DNA from: the human T2T-CHM13v2.0 reference genome, Homo sapiens
Strand: one strand, 5' to 3'
Assembly (NCBI RefSeq): GCF_009914755.1
Contig: NC_060937.1
Length of the DNA stretch: 64,000 nucleotides
The position numbers and the translations under genes were made by a program. The notes beneath the pieces are model-generated. The model saw only the letters and a list, made by a program, of their open reading frames with translations, had not been told where the DNA came from and searched no databases. Below are positions 32,100 to 46,500 of the stretch, in pieces (positions within the stretch are counted from its first letter, which is position 1; each line of letters starts with the position of its first letter).

Positions 32100-32490
32100 G
32101 TGACAAATGTATATATGAATGAATCAAAGGATGCTATAAGTGATCATAGAGTGGGTTGGAGATGTTCCGTGTTCTCAGAGGAAGAGAGATAACAGAAGCT
32201 AAAACCCAAATCCTAAAAGATGACTGAGTTTAACAAGTCCAGTAGTGGAAAAAGAGTGACCCAAGAAAAAAATACATAAAATCTGGGAGTTTAAAAAGAG
32301 AATACCACCTTTGAAAAATGTCATCCTGTTTAATAATGTTAATGCCAAGAGTTGAGTCAGGTGAGTGATGGAGAAATTGGAGAAATGAGCCAATAGGTAA
32401 ATATTAATAGGATATGGTAAAACTTTAAATTTTTTTCCTGGAAAGATACAGAATTATTGAAAAGTTGTAGGCCAGGAGATAATACAAGGA
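32100..32490 (-). mobile_element. L2 relic
   Basis: Purine-rich degenerate sequence resembling the antisense L2 3' region. Confidence 0.4.
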
Positions 32491-32751
32491 AAGGTGACCC
32501 ATCTCAAACTGAATTTTGAGTTCAGACCCTAAGGAATACAATTTACACAGTATAAACATTAAATATGTTTGTTCTGGTGCAGTCTTCCAAACCACCTTCG
32601 AACAGAGCTTCCTCCTGTATTAAACTAAAGTATTAAAGTAAGGGATAGGAAAGTTGTCTCTGCAATTTTATTATCTGTGTCTGGGTATCAGGGCACTAAT
32701 AGTCACCCTGAATCAGAATTCAAATTCAAAGATATAGGACAAAGGAGTATG

Positions 32752-32775
32752 CACACACACACACACACACGCACA
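32752..32775. repeat. (CA)n microsatellite
   Basis: About 10 CA units with one interruption. Confidence 0.9.
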
Positions 32776-32889
32776 ATATTTTTCAAATAATCTTTCTAAC
32801 TAAAAACATCCCTATACCATTGTAATAAAATGTAGCTGTTTATCCACTAAAAATTAGCATTATGTACTGGCCATGTTTTCTAAAACACT

Positions 32890-33208
32890 ATTTTTAAAAT
32901 ATTTATTGAGGAATTATATAGATAAATATATTTGGTATACAACATGATATTTTGACATACATTTAATTATTTCACATTGTGATTGAATGATTAAATCAAT
33001 GATAAATGATTGAATCAAGCTATTTAACATGTCTATCATGTCACATAATGACTTTGTGGTGAGACATTTAGGAGATCATTAAAATCTACTATCTAATCAA
33101 TTTTCAAGTGTATAATACATTATTATTAATCATAGTCAATATGTTTTAATATGGACCTCGAGAACATATTTCTAAATGAAACTTTGTATTCTTAGATCAA
33201 CATAACTT
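32890..33208 (-). mobile_element. L1MA 3' end fragment
   Basis: tacaacatgatattttga, aatcaagctatttaacat, ttgtggtgagacattta, aattttcaagtgtataatacattattattaa. Confidence 0.8.
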
Positions 33209-33866
33209 TTTATCACATTATGCAGGAGAAAGGGTAAGTAATATCCTAATTTTTTATAGGTAGAAATGAAGATTCAGTAACTTCTTTTTTCAGCAACTGT
33301 TACTTAAATGAGAAATGCAATACTTGTTTATGGGTTATCTGAACAAATGAATGAAGAAATGCATATCTAATTAACTATCATTGAATACTACTTTTTAGAT
33401 TTCTATAAGATTTACTTACTGAGGGCCCTTATTTGAAATCCTAAGCAATCTAAGAGGAAAGGAGCTTTTCAATGTCGAATCATTTAAACGTTAAACCTCT
33501 TTTATGCCATCAAACGATATTTTGTCTTTATTTCTTTAGAAGCAATCATTTTAAAAGATGGAGAGACTGGAGTAATAAAAGAAAGAGTTAGAGAAGATAA
33601 AGATTAGCTACTTTCCTTAGAATGAATGTTGAATCATTTCCCTTGAAGGGAGTGGAGAAAAGGGGATTTTGTATCCTAGGCTTTGACCCTCAATATAGCA
33701 ATAGAAAAGTCATCAATTATTCTGCTAATTATATTACCCTAAATATAATAACCGGTCTGGTTTTACTTATCAATTGAACTATGAGGAAAAGAAAAGATTA
33801 GTATGTTTTTAGGGAGAAAGATTATCAGCAAAAAGCCTGAGGCAAGTAGTGGGAGAAGTGAAGGCA

Positions 33867-33870
<4 letters not shown>

Positions 33871-33925
<55 letters not shown>
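33871..33925. repeat. Perfect (TG)27 microsatellite
   Basis: 55 bp of uninterrupted TG. Confidence 0.98.
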
Positions 33926-33928
<3 letters not shown>

Positions 33929-34175
33929 AAAGCCCACCTGGCTTTATCATGACTAGAGAGCCTATGAATCCTGGCCCAAGTGAGAATTGACACTGCTAGA
34001 AAGAAGTAGTCAGGTAGTAGGCCTAGGGAAGGGTCAAGGCAACTGTAGGCTCAGAGGTAATCAGTTTCATAGGCGACGATCTTATGGCATCTGCATCCAG
34101 TACCTTCGCAGACCACAGGAGTCGTGCTACCGGTTCTCCCAGCAATATAACCTGGAAAAAGCATGTACTAGAAAT

Positions 34176-34669
<494 letters not shown>

Positions 34670-35894
34670 GACATTCTTAATTTGAAAAGACATGTTCCCA
34701 CAGTGCACAGAGGACAAGGTAAGATCAAAATAAATTGTATTATGGGGTAGAGATAAATAGTAGCCCATTCTTGGATTTGAATTGAGCACGCTGAACTGTG
34801 ACAAGAGGAGGGAACTGAACACCTCTATAATAAATTACATAGTTTTCTCTAAAAAAGAAACAGGAAAGAAACATAAGGGCTATGAAATTACTGTTCTCCC
34901 CATTTCCAACTAAACACTTCTCAAATTGAGATATAAAACTTCACGTGACTCTTTCTAGCTTTCTTCACTACTTAAGCCTAGAGTGGGTAGGGGGAAGCAG
35001 ATATTTAATTTGATGTTTTTTAAATTTCAGTCAATTTTCCATATTCAAGACTTTGCTTTAGCTGCTTTAGTTATATTTTCTCATATTCCTTCTAGAAGTA
35101 AGATTAAATGTTGCTTCTTCTTCATCTTTGTCTATATTGAGATCTTCACAGCTAAATGTCCTACTCATGTTCAGAGCTTCCTTATGTTGCAAGTTGAAGC
35201 ATATTTAAAGAAACAAACCTAAACAGAATATAAAAATGTATAAGATTTTAAACTAGTTACATTATAGAGCTTCTGATATGGAAACTAATGCTATTCTTGA
35301 TCTTAATGATTTTGGCTAGTTGCTTTGAATTTATTTTTGTTTTTCAACTTATAATTAGTCTGAACCTATCCACCCATAAGTACTATACCAATTGCACTTG
35401 CCTGATAATACATTCAGTTTTATTCTCCTCAAAGAAGACAAATATTTAAGATGAATATTTGGAAGAAATACTTCCCTTAATTTAAAGCTAACAACCACGT
35501 GTGTCAGTATGTTTCTGTTCTTGGGGGATTTGTTTTTGTTTGTTTTTGGTCCAAAAATGATAAACTTTTCATGACATATAAATAAATAAATAAATATAAT
35601 TTTATGATGTTAAAAATAGGGTGACATGCATGGTACATGGCTGTCAAAATCTCTTGTGGCTCCACAGAAAGTACATCATAATTACATGCCAAGTACCAAC
35701 TATATTAGAGCTAATTCACTGTGGAAAAAAATATTCAGGTTATCTATTGAAAAATCTGGCCATTCACAACTAACATAGAGCTGCTTCTTTTAATCATTAT
35801 TCTGGTTATTAAGATGAATAACATATTTTATCTTGAAAAGTGATAAAGCCAACTGCTGTGTGTTTAAATCCATCATTGGTTTCCTCGAGTCATC

Positions 35895-36245
35895 ACAATT
35901 AGAGATGGAAAGGGACCATTTGGTCATATCCCTCATCTTTCTGTCTGGGCAAGCTTTAATCTTTGAGTAAATTCTCTAGTGCTTTGTCTAATCTAGTTTT
36001 ACATAACTCAAATGGATTACTTGGAAGATTTTACCACAATCTAAAAACACCTTGCTGCTGGGAATTATTACAATGATAATATCCATATCTTTGCACTGCT
36101 TAATTTCCCATTAGTTTTATCTTTGCCACCTGAGAACAGTCCTGAGCAATTCCAAATCCTCCTCCCATCTCAGTGTGCCACCATTCAAATCAATGTAGCT
36201 GTTGATCGTACCCAACCTAACACTTTTAATCTTGTTTGACAAAAT
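35895..36245 (-). mobile_element. Possible L3/CR1 relic
   Basis: ttagagatggaaagggacc..ggtcat and ttgtctaatctagtttta resemble the antisense CR1/L3 3' end; very diverged. Confidence 0.35.
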
Positions 36246-36849
36246 GATTTGTATATCTTTTAGCAACTCTATGTCTGCCAACCCCTGTAGCATATTTGAA
36301 ATTAACGAGAAACCTGACAGATGAAGATGAACGTCTAATAAAATACAGAATTAATGATTTCCATGACAAGAGTTCATTGGAACATTTGAGGCTTTTGTTT
36401 CAAGTGAATTCTAGGGATTATTTGCTAAGAATATGACCCAATAAATATGCTAGGAATATCTTCAGACATATCTCTATTTTTATTTATAAAATTTTCCTGT
36501 TGCAGCTTCCCAGCACTCATGGTTTTTATTCACTAACTGCCAGCCACCTTCCAAGACATCCCTCAAGTAAAACAGAAGTCCAATAAAAAAGTCATTTGTT
36601 CTATAAAGAACCTACCTAGTAGCTGCCTAGTAGATTGTAACAACATGTTCAGACTAAACTGGTATTGTCAATGCCTGTCTAGTCTAGATTTCCAAGAAAC
36701 AACTACATTTGAATGTATCATTCAAATTGTAATCATATGATAATCTTATGTAAGGAATGCAATTTTATGTAAGAAACATATTTTTCATGTAAGAAACCCT
36801 GGCAGGATAGAGAATTGGCAGGAGGTGAGAACATTTTTAAAGAGACTAT

Positions 36850-36945
36850 CACTAGAATGGAAGCTCTATAAGGGCAGGAATTTTTGTTTGTTTCACTGAT
36901 GTACACCTAGTTCCTAGATCCATTCATACATGTTCAATGCATAAA
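36850..36945 (+). mobile_element. L2 3' end
   Basis: actagaatggaagctctataagggcaggaatttttgtttgtttcactgatgta. Confidence 0.7.
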
Positions 36946-38870
36946 GAGTTTCTTTTTCAATCACTTAAATCACAATTGATAGGGCAATTGAAGACAATAT
37001 ACTTTTTGCTTATCATTAAATCATTAATTCAAGAAATTTTCTTAAGCCTCATAATTATCTTGTCTACTCATTCCTTATGCACCTGTGTTTCCATCTGGAT
37101 ATAGGCTTTTATTACAGGAAGAAAAGGAGTGATTGTGAGAATCTAGTGGTTGTGCAAGGGGAAGGATCGCTTTATAGTTATTATACTATGTAGTCTTAGG
37201 AAGGCTACAAAGGAGAGTTGGAAAAAAACAGTTAAAGCTCTGGAGAAATGTGTTGGTCTGCCAAAGAAGGAACATACAATATAAACTCTGTGAATTATTT
37301 AATTAAATGGATCCAGTCGTGAAGTAAATCTTAATATTGAAGTCATCAACTCATTGACAACATGGTGCAGTGTCCTATCTTGAGCAAAGGAAGCTTATGA
37401 GACATAGTGTTTTCATTAGCAGATTAAGAAGGGGCTTCTCAGTCTTAGAGCTGTATACTAAAAATAAGGCATAACTGTTCTATGAGAATAACAGCTTTGA
37501 AAAGATGTCTGGTGACTGTTAACAGTGCAAACAAGAAAGTGATCTTTATATCAAATTGCATTTTTTCTTTATAGAAAAGTAAATTCAAATACAAATCTTA
37601 TGCAATCTGCTATATTTGAGAAATTAAACATAAAATATCACTGGATTATTTACGCATTTTATCACAGGACATGTTTAAAGCAAGCAGCATATTCAAAATA
37701 CCATAAACAACCATTTCAAAGTCACACAGCTTTATAGCTATTGTTAAAACCAGTAAACCTGAAACGAGAAGCTGTTTTATGTTCAAAATATAGCTATGTT
37801 TGATCAATTAGGTTTTATAAAATGGAAATCAGTTTCCTTTTCTTCTGCTACTAAGAAAAATGTGTATTAATTTTTATAATAGAATCTGTCAGTTGTCCTA
37901 AGTGCTGACCAGCTCACTTAGATTGCTGAAAGCAGTATGGGAAATTTTTCTGTGAAAGAATTCATTGTGATAGGGTAGGATTGGAAGTCTATTACTAATG
38001 TCATGGGCAATGATTAAAAAAGCTCTAGTTTTAATCCCTTCTGGCTTTATTGAAAGAACTACTAAAGTGACATAGTGTCTTAATCTACAGGCAGATTTAT
38101 TAGGGTGGAAATCTCTCTTGCTTTGTATTTAATTAGCTTAGTCTGTGGAAGGAACCTGGTAGCAAGGAAATCTCTCACTCTGACACAAAGCATTGAACGA
38201 TGAACCATACTTCAAGCAACTAAAAGAGAGGCGAGGACATTCTAATAAATTAATTACTAAGGAGAAAATATGGCTATCAGATCATATCTTTACTGCAGTA
38301 ATCTATGCCTACATGTTTATTACCTAATTTAAAAGCTTCATGTTGCCCAGTTTTGCTTGGGACATTAAGTGGAAAAATGAAATAAATTCTAGCATATAAA
38401 ATTGTTGATATTACTGTAATAATCTAGACCCAAATTCTTATGAACTTATTTATAGAAAATTGACCATAGTTAAATCTACGTGTATTGTCATTATTAAGTT
38501 ACTCACAACAGAAATAACAAAGCAAAACTGATATAATGTATCAAAAAGTGTAACAAAAAACTTGATCAAGAAGAAAGGGAAATCAAGAGGCCATCCAGAT
38601 TTTACTTTGGCTGATTAAGCAAATTATTAATTTTTACAATACAATTCACAAAAGTCACAGGTTAAAAGACTTTGTTCAGTGCATACTAGAAAAATTTTTT
38701 AAAAGATAAAAGATTATTTCCAGAAATGTGAAAACTTATTAAAAATAGAACTCAAGAAGGGTTTTTAACATGTTCTTATATCAGGAAGTTCTAGTATTCC
38801 CAACGTCTTTGTGGAAGAAGTAATTTTTTGGTTCACTACTCTATTTTAAACATTTGAGAAACAATCAAAA

Positions 38871-39066
38871 AACATCACACACCGGGGACTGTTGTGGGGT
38901 GAGGGAAGGGGGGAGGGATAGCATTGGGAGATATACCTAATGCTAAATGATGAGTTAATGGGTGCAGCACACCAACATGGCACATGTATACATATGTAAC
39001 AAACCTGCACGTTGTGCACATGTACCCTAAAACTTAAAGTATAATAATAAAATAAAATAAAATAAA
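38871..39066 (+). mobile_element. Young L1PA (PA2-PA4-like) 3' end, ~195 bp
   Basis: Near-consensus aacatcacacaccggggactgttgtgggg...atgtaccctaaaacttaaagtataataa with (TAAAA)n tail. Confidence 0.96.
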
Positions 39067-39137
39067 CGGGTAAAAGGGGCCCTAAATGATAGCAGTAATA
39101 TCATAAATCAATATAACAACGTATGCAAAAAGAACAA

Positions 39138-39423
<286 letters not shown>

Positions 39424-39663
39424 GGTATGCACAAATTTTAAAAAGATCTTCACACATTAAGATAAATAAAAGATGTAAAGAAGTGGATGGATCCACTACA
39501 TCTCAATAAAAATTCCAGAAGAGATTATTGAGGTAATTAACAAGTTTTATTTTTGTAGATTTAAATGTAAGAGAACAGCCAAGATCTTAAAGAACCACAC
39601 ATTTGTAGGACTTAGAGGACCATACATTAAAATTTATTATCAAGTTATATTTAAGAGAATACT

Positions 39664-39968
39664 GGCCGAACGCGGTGGCTCACGCCTGTAATCCCAGCAC
39701 TTTGGGAGACTGAGGCGGGAGGATCACGAGGTCAGGAGATCGAGCCCATCCCGGCTAGCACGGTGAAACCCCGACTCTACTAAAAATAAAAAAAAATTAA
39801 CTGGGCATGGTGGCGGGCGCCTGTAGTCCCAGCTACTCGGTAGGCGGAGGCAGGAGAACAGGGTGAACCCAGGAGGCGGAGCTTGCAGTGAGCAGAGATC
39901 CCGCTAAGGCACTCCCGCCTGGGCAACAGAGCCAGATTCCATCTCACAACAAAAACAAACAAACAAAC
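39664..39968 (+). mobile_element. AluY
   Basis: gtcaggagatcgag, cacggtgaaacccc, gagcttgcag; (CAAA)n tail; TSD agaata(c/t)t. Confidence 0.94.
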
Positions 39969-40283
39969 AGAATATTGAACTAAAAATAGACCATTATACC
40001 AATGAAACAGAATACCAGAAGAAAATTTTTTGACCCAAATTCACATAATATATAAAAAAAAATCAATTCCACGTGAATTAGAGCTCTTTATGTGGACTAA
40101 TAAAGTTCCTTTAAAAAAAGAAATCATGATATGAGTTGGCTCTGTGTTCCCACTCAAATCTGATCTTGAAGTGTAATCCTCACATGTCAGGGAGGGACCT
40201 GGTGGGAGGGGATGGATCATGGGGATGGTTTCCCCCATGCTATTCTCATCACAGTGAGAAGTTCTCATGAGAGCTGATGGTTT

Positions 40284-41545
40284 TGTGTCCAGAATTGGTG
40301 GGTTCTCGGTCTCACTGACTTCAAGAATGAAGCCATGGACCCTCGGGTGAGTGTTACAGTTCTTAAAGACAGCGTGTCCGGAGTCCGTTCCTTTTGATGT
40401 TCAGAGTTTCTTCCTTCTGGTGGGTTCCTGGTCTCACTGCCTTAGGAGTGAAGCTGCAGACCTTCACAGTGTTACAGCTCATAAAAGCAGTGTGGATCCA
40501 AAGCATGAGCAATAGCAAGATGTATTGCAAAGAGCTAAAGAACAAAGCTTCCACAGTCTACAAGGGAACCCAAGCGAGTTGCCACTGTTGGCTTGGGCAG
40601 CCTGCTTTTATTGTCTTATCTGGCCCCACCCACATCCTGCTGATTGGTAGAGCCAAGTGGTCTGTTTTGCCAGGGTGCTGATTGGTGCCTTTACAATCCC
40701 TGAGCTAGACATAAAGGTTCCCCAACGCCCCACCAGAGTAGCTAAATACAGAGTGTCGATTGGTGCATTCACAAACCCTGAGCTAGACACAGGGTGCTGA
40801 TTGGTGTGTTTACAAATCTTGAGCTAGATACAGAGTGCCGATTGGTGTATTTACAATCCCTGAGCTAGACATAAAGATTCTCCACATCCCCACCAGACGC
40901 AGGAGGCCAGCTGGCTTCACCCTGTGGATCCCGAAGCAGAGATGGGGTGGAGCTGCCTGCCAGTCCCGCGCTGTGCGCCCGCACTCCTCAGCCCTTGGGT
41001 GGTCCATGGGACTGGGCGCCCTGGAGCAGGGGGCGGTGCTCATCGGAGAGGCTCGGGCCGCACAGGAGCCCACGGAGGGGCTGGGAGGCTCAGGAGTGGC
41101 AGGCTGCAGGTCCCGAGCCCTGCCCCGCGGGAAGGCAGCTAAGGCCCGGCTAGAAATTGAGTGCAGCGCGGGTGGGCTGGCACTGCTGGGGGACCCAGTA
41201 CACCCTCCGCAGCTGCTGGCCCGGGTGCTAAGCCCCTCATTGCCTGGGGCCGGCAGGGCCGCCGGCTACTCGCAGTGCGGGGCCCGCCAAGCCGACGCCC
41301 ACCCGGAACTCCAGCTGGCCCGCAAGCGCCGCGCGCACCCGTGGTTCCCGCTGGCGCCTCTCGCTCCACACCTCCCTGCAAGCTGAGGGAGCTGGCTCCT
41401 GCCTTGGCCAGCCCAGAAAGGGGCTCCCCCAGTGCAGTGGTGGGCTGAAGGACTCCTCAAGTGCCGCCAAAGTGGGAGCCCAGGCAGAGGAGGCCTTGAG
41501 AGCGAACGAGGGCTGTGAGGACTGCCAGCATGCTGTCACCTCTCA
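40284..41545 (-). mobile_element. LTR12C-like (ERV9) solo LTR, 1262 bp
   Basis: Minus strand tgagaggtgacagcatgctggcagtcc ... cccaccaattctggacaca; 4-bp TSD gttt; tandem U3 repeats with CCAAT; CpG-rich 5' part. Confidence 0.96.
40600..40850 (-). promoter_or_regulatory. ERV9 LTR promoter/enhancer module (candidate, leftward firing)
   Basis: Five minus-strand CCAAT boxes (attgg at 40643, 40681, 40759, 40800, 40841), GATAAG at 40615-40620 and TATA-position AATAAA at 40607-40612. Activity is not shown by sequence. Confidence 0.6.
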
Positions 41546-42934
41546 GTTTTAAAGTGTCACTTCGTCAGTCCAGCTCTGTCTCTCTCCTGTCGCCTTGTGA
41601 AGAAGGTGCTTGCTTCCCGTTCCCCTTCTGCCACAATTTTAAGTTCCTGAGTCCTCCCCAGCCATGCAGAAAGGTGAGTCAACTAAACTTATTTTCTTTA
41701 TAAATTACCCAGTCTCGGGTAGCACCTTTATAGTAGCGTGAGACTGGACTAATACACTTAGCAAAACATTTCATAGTTTTGGGATTGGCAAAATTATTTT
41801 TAAACAGGTTAAGAGAAAAACCAATGACAATAATTACCAAATTGGTTCATATTTATATTGATTTCTTTTCAAATAGTATCATTAGGGATTCTAAAGCAAG
41901 TTAGAAAGGGAAAATTTCGCAGTATACGTATCATAATCAGAATTATGAATATGAAAATTACAGTAAGATAACAATATGTGCCTACCTTAATCACTGAATT
42001 TACAAAGACAGAAACTGCTAAGTGTTGGCAAGGATGTGAAGTAACTGGAAGTCTAACTAATCTATTTGGGAAAAACTGTTATTTCCTAAGGCTGAACATA
42101 TGCTGACCTTATGAAGAAGCATTTCTACTCCTGAATATTAAACATATCTCCATATATGTGTAACAAAAGATGACACAAGTGTTCAAAGGAGAAATGTCTG
42201 TAATAGCCCCAAATGTCATTAATAGTAGAATAAATACTACTCTTTCTAGCAGTAGTATATAATAGTAGATAAATACTACTATCCTACAACAGAATGGATA
42301 CAGCACAATAATAAAAATTAATCAAATACCCCAACATACCACAACATGAAGAAATCTCACCAACCTAATGTTGAGAAAAATAAGCCAAAAAAAGCATACA
42401 TGCTTAAAATTCTATTTATATATTAAGCAAAATTAGGTAAAACAAATTAATTTGATAGAATTGGGATAGTGGTTATCTTTAGGTAAGAGAGGCAGGTACT
42501 TCTCAGCATAAGAATAGCTCTGGGCTCTGATATAATTCACTTACTAGTGGCAATATTTATATGGAACTAAAATACTTACTTGCCTTTAAGATGGGAAACA
42601 GGAGAGGAAATAGCACACCATGAATAATACAAGCATGTCCCAGGCACTCCTCATTTGGTATATACATGATAACAAGAAACTAGGCCGAGTGCGACCAGAC
42701 TAACTCAGCTCAGAGAATCTCTCAGATTTGGGGCTCTTTAACATTAATGTTTAGTCTGTGCCTTCTGATGTGTGTGTGTGCATGTTACTAGTTAGTCTCA
42801 AGGTTATATGATTAGCAGCCACTCTTAGGCACAGTTGTATCTATTAAATAATCCTAGTTACTTAGTGCCATATTAAATGACCCCAGTACAGGTGCTTGAT
42901 TTGGTACATGAGATTGAATTTGACAATCAACACC

Positions 42935-42994
42935 ATAAATAGTTTAAGAGGGGTTAAACTATTTATACTTTAAGAGGGGTTAAACTATAAATAG
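42935..42994. repeat. 13-bp perfect inverted repeat overlapping a 20-bp direct duplication
   Basis: ataaatagtttaa-gagggg-ttaaactatttat; tttaagaggggttaaactat at 42943 and 42969. Confidence 0.9.
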
Positions 42995-43251
42995 CCAAGA
43001 GTTAAATCCTTAGACTTCCCTGAGGCTAGATAAAGACCATCTATTTATTTTTCTTTTCCAGGTACATAGTACTTGATTTAAAAATTGTTTCAGTTATAAA
43101 AAATATTATTATGAATATAACTTTAAAAATTACATTTTTTATTAAAATGATTTGTATGTTTTGGAAATCAATGGTTCTACTATAAACAAATATGAGTGGT
43201 TCATATTTTGTTGTGTAATAAATTATGTTATATAATTTAGATTTACATTAG

Positions 43252-43580
<329 letters not shown>

Positions 43581-46500
43581 TACTATTTCATTTTAATGTT
43601 GACAAAAAGTCTTTAGAACATCACTGTGGCAATATTTAATCTGAAAAATGTTTTGTATCAGCTTTCTTTGATAACCTTGCATAAGGTATTTTTATAGAGG
43701 TTACAGTTACTGAGAAGTGCATGCAGTATAGTAATCTTTTCAATATATTACCATTTTATAAAGTGTCTCATTGGACAGAGTGGAAAAATTTTATATCGAG
43801 TATAATTTTTCAATCAGCATACTTTGTAAATCTCTATAGGAGAGTCACACATTTTTATAACAAACTCCTAGCTACAGAGAGACACAAAACTTGTTTTAAT
43901 AAGAGAAAAGCCCATTATTCAACTAAAAGCTGTTTACCGTGTATCCCCACACTTCCAAAGAACTGAGAAGATTCTTTCTTTATCACAGCCCTTCTTCTCT
44001 ACGCTTCTTGATTGCTTTAGCTGTTGTCACTAGTTATCCCGGTGAGGGAATTCTGTCCTGGTTGTTCCTCTGTCCTCACGTTTGACAACCATTGTTCTGG
44101 CATCCCTTCTGTTTAGCTCCTTCTTGCATTCGCAGATATATCACACTTTCAGTGATAAATTAAACAGTGACCCTGCACTTTGCCTCTTTTTCTTTATCTA
44201 AGTATCTGCCATTTTTTACTCATTTAATGATACCATATAGCAAAAGGTGTGGAAATGATGGGACAATGTGTGTGGGGAAGGAAAGTGTGTAATTTGAAGA
44301 AGGCAGACATGCAGAAAAAAAAATCAAAATAAATTCAAATGTTTAACAAATGTATTTGCTTAGGAAAAATATCCAGAAGAAAGTCAGCAAAATTTTCCCT
44401 TTTTGGGGTCTGAGAGATCACCATAATTTTATTTATTTATTTTATATGTATCTGTCATTTATCCTTCAAGTATTATCCATGAGAATGTATTTATACCTGA
44501 TAGTTTTTAAATAGAAATGTGCATAAAATTGATGTTAGTGGACTTAAACATAATTTGACATTATCAAAATTTCAAATCTGATGGTGTCTCTATCTGATTT
44601 CTCTGCTACTACCTTCTTTTTTTCTTTTTCAACTTTTCTTTCTCTCATTTCCTAACCACCACAAGGTCGAGCTGAAAGGGAAAGTTACGAGACAGCAGAT
44701 TGATGACGTTGTATATTGGAAAGAGAGAAATGAAGTTCATTTACTCTAGCATGACGTAAAGTTTAATGAGCTTAACAGAGGTATATGAACTTGAGCAGCA
44801 GCCTTACCTGTACTCTTTCCGTCTCATTCACCACACTCTTGAAAACCAATAATTTATAAAATTCTGTTAAATAAACAGATGAATGTTAAAAGAAATGAAG
44901 GTAACTGAATTATTTGAACATTCAATACAAAGGCTAGAAAGCAGGACCACGAAATGGAATTCTAATTATGTGAATGCTGATGCTGTGTGCCAGCATTTGA
45001 ATTGGTAGATCTCTTCATATTAAATCTTTTTTACAATATTCCATCAGAGAACATTCTACTTCAGTTCAGGTTAGATTAAGCACACCACCTTTGCTTTGGC
45101 TTTTTTTGGTATTCTTATCACTTTAAGAAATTATTTTATTATTTACCTATTTCTTAAAACATTAATAATTTTCTACTACATTTCATATTTTAATTTATTC
45201 CTTAAAAAGTTAAGTGTTTCTAAAAAAAAAAAAAAGAAAACCAGATGCTTTATATCTCTCCTGTTTGATCATTTGACGATCTAACAAAATGTTTAAAAGG
45301 AATTATTTAGAAGGCATATCAAACCTTTGCCTTGAATGTTCAAGCTCACTTTGATATGTGGATAGATCTAAAACAGCCATAAAAATCACATACGCCAAAT
45401 GATTCAGCTAGTTATGTTTAAATTAAGATATGTGTGCGTGTTTCAGACTAAACTAAAAAATATTTAATGAAATATTTAATTATTTTTCATTGCCTCAAAT
45501 TATATAGGGCATAATAAATAGTTGTTTATAGTATAAGGGAATAAAAATGGAGGTAGAGAATGACTGTCAACATGAGCATAGTAATTGCCGTTTGTGTCTT
45601 CAATATATGCATTGAACTATATCATATGATGATAGTGTTAAGAGACAGCAAGATGATTAAATGTATTAAATATTTTTGTTTTCTTTTTGTAGTACTAGGC
45701 ACTAAATACCACTCATATGAAGTTATTTCAACATTCTTTGGAACACAACATAGTTTTCTTCATTAAATTTGACTACCCTCATAGCAATTTGATTTTTTAT
45801 AGAATAAAATATTTCAACACATCTACATAGGGTACTTTAGGTTCACTTTTTCTGTGTTTTTCTATAATTGACAATTTGGCTATAAAGGAAATTAAAACAA
45901 AACAAAACAATGCATGATGATATTTTTAAAAATTGACTAAAATAATCAACTTTCATTTCTGTTCTAGCTCAGGCAGGTGTAAGCCAAATCTCTTTTATCT
46001 AAATTTATAGTGATTTATTACTTTCATTATTGTTCATAACAATGATCTATTCAAATTTCTTTTTTTTTCCATTTTTGTTCTATTTAAAATTATCAAATAA
46101 AGAATCAACTTAACTTTATATTCTTGAAGTACGAAGTGATTATTCACTTTCATTTATCATATTCATTACCAGAATTAATATGTTCAGGAAGTATTTTCAG
46201 ATTCGAGTATTGAATTAAAAACATTTACCCTCTAAATCTCAACTAGCTGAAAAATATATCACTATTGTAAATGTTATCATTAATATTCTTTTTTAACTTA
46301 TTGATTATCTTTCAAATTTTATTTATAAGTGTCAGGTATTTTTCTGCCTGTCACAGTCGTTAAATAATGTTTCTAGCACTATAACTTTCTCTCATGAAGT
46401 GAGTTAAGTATCTCATTTAACTGTAAATTTTCTTAATATTAAAAAAGTTAAAGAAGGAGCCTCTCTTGATAGAGTTTAACTTCTCAACAAATGTTATATT

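Larger units (their letters stand above)
40127..41756 (+). mobile_element. THE1D/MSTA-type MaLR LTR split by LTR12 (pieces 40127-40283 and 41546-41756)
   Basis: tgatatgagttggctctgtg start, ataaattacccagtctcgggt...ggactaataca end; the halves join at ctgatggtttt. Confidence 0.92.

Noticed and set aside
40363-41703. Cluster of overlapping GC-rich ORFs
   Set aside because: All lie in LTR12/THE1 LTR sequence, where high GC depletes stop codons.
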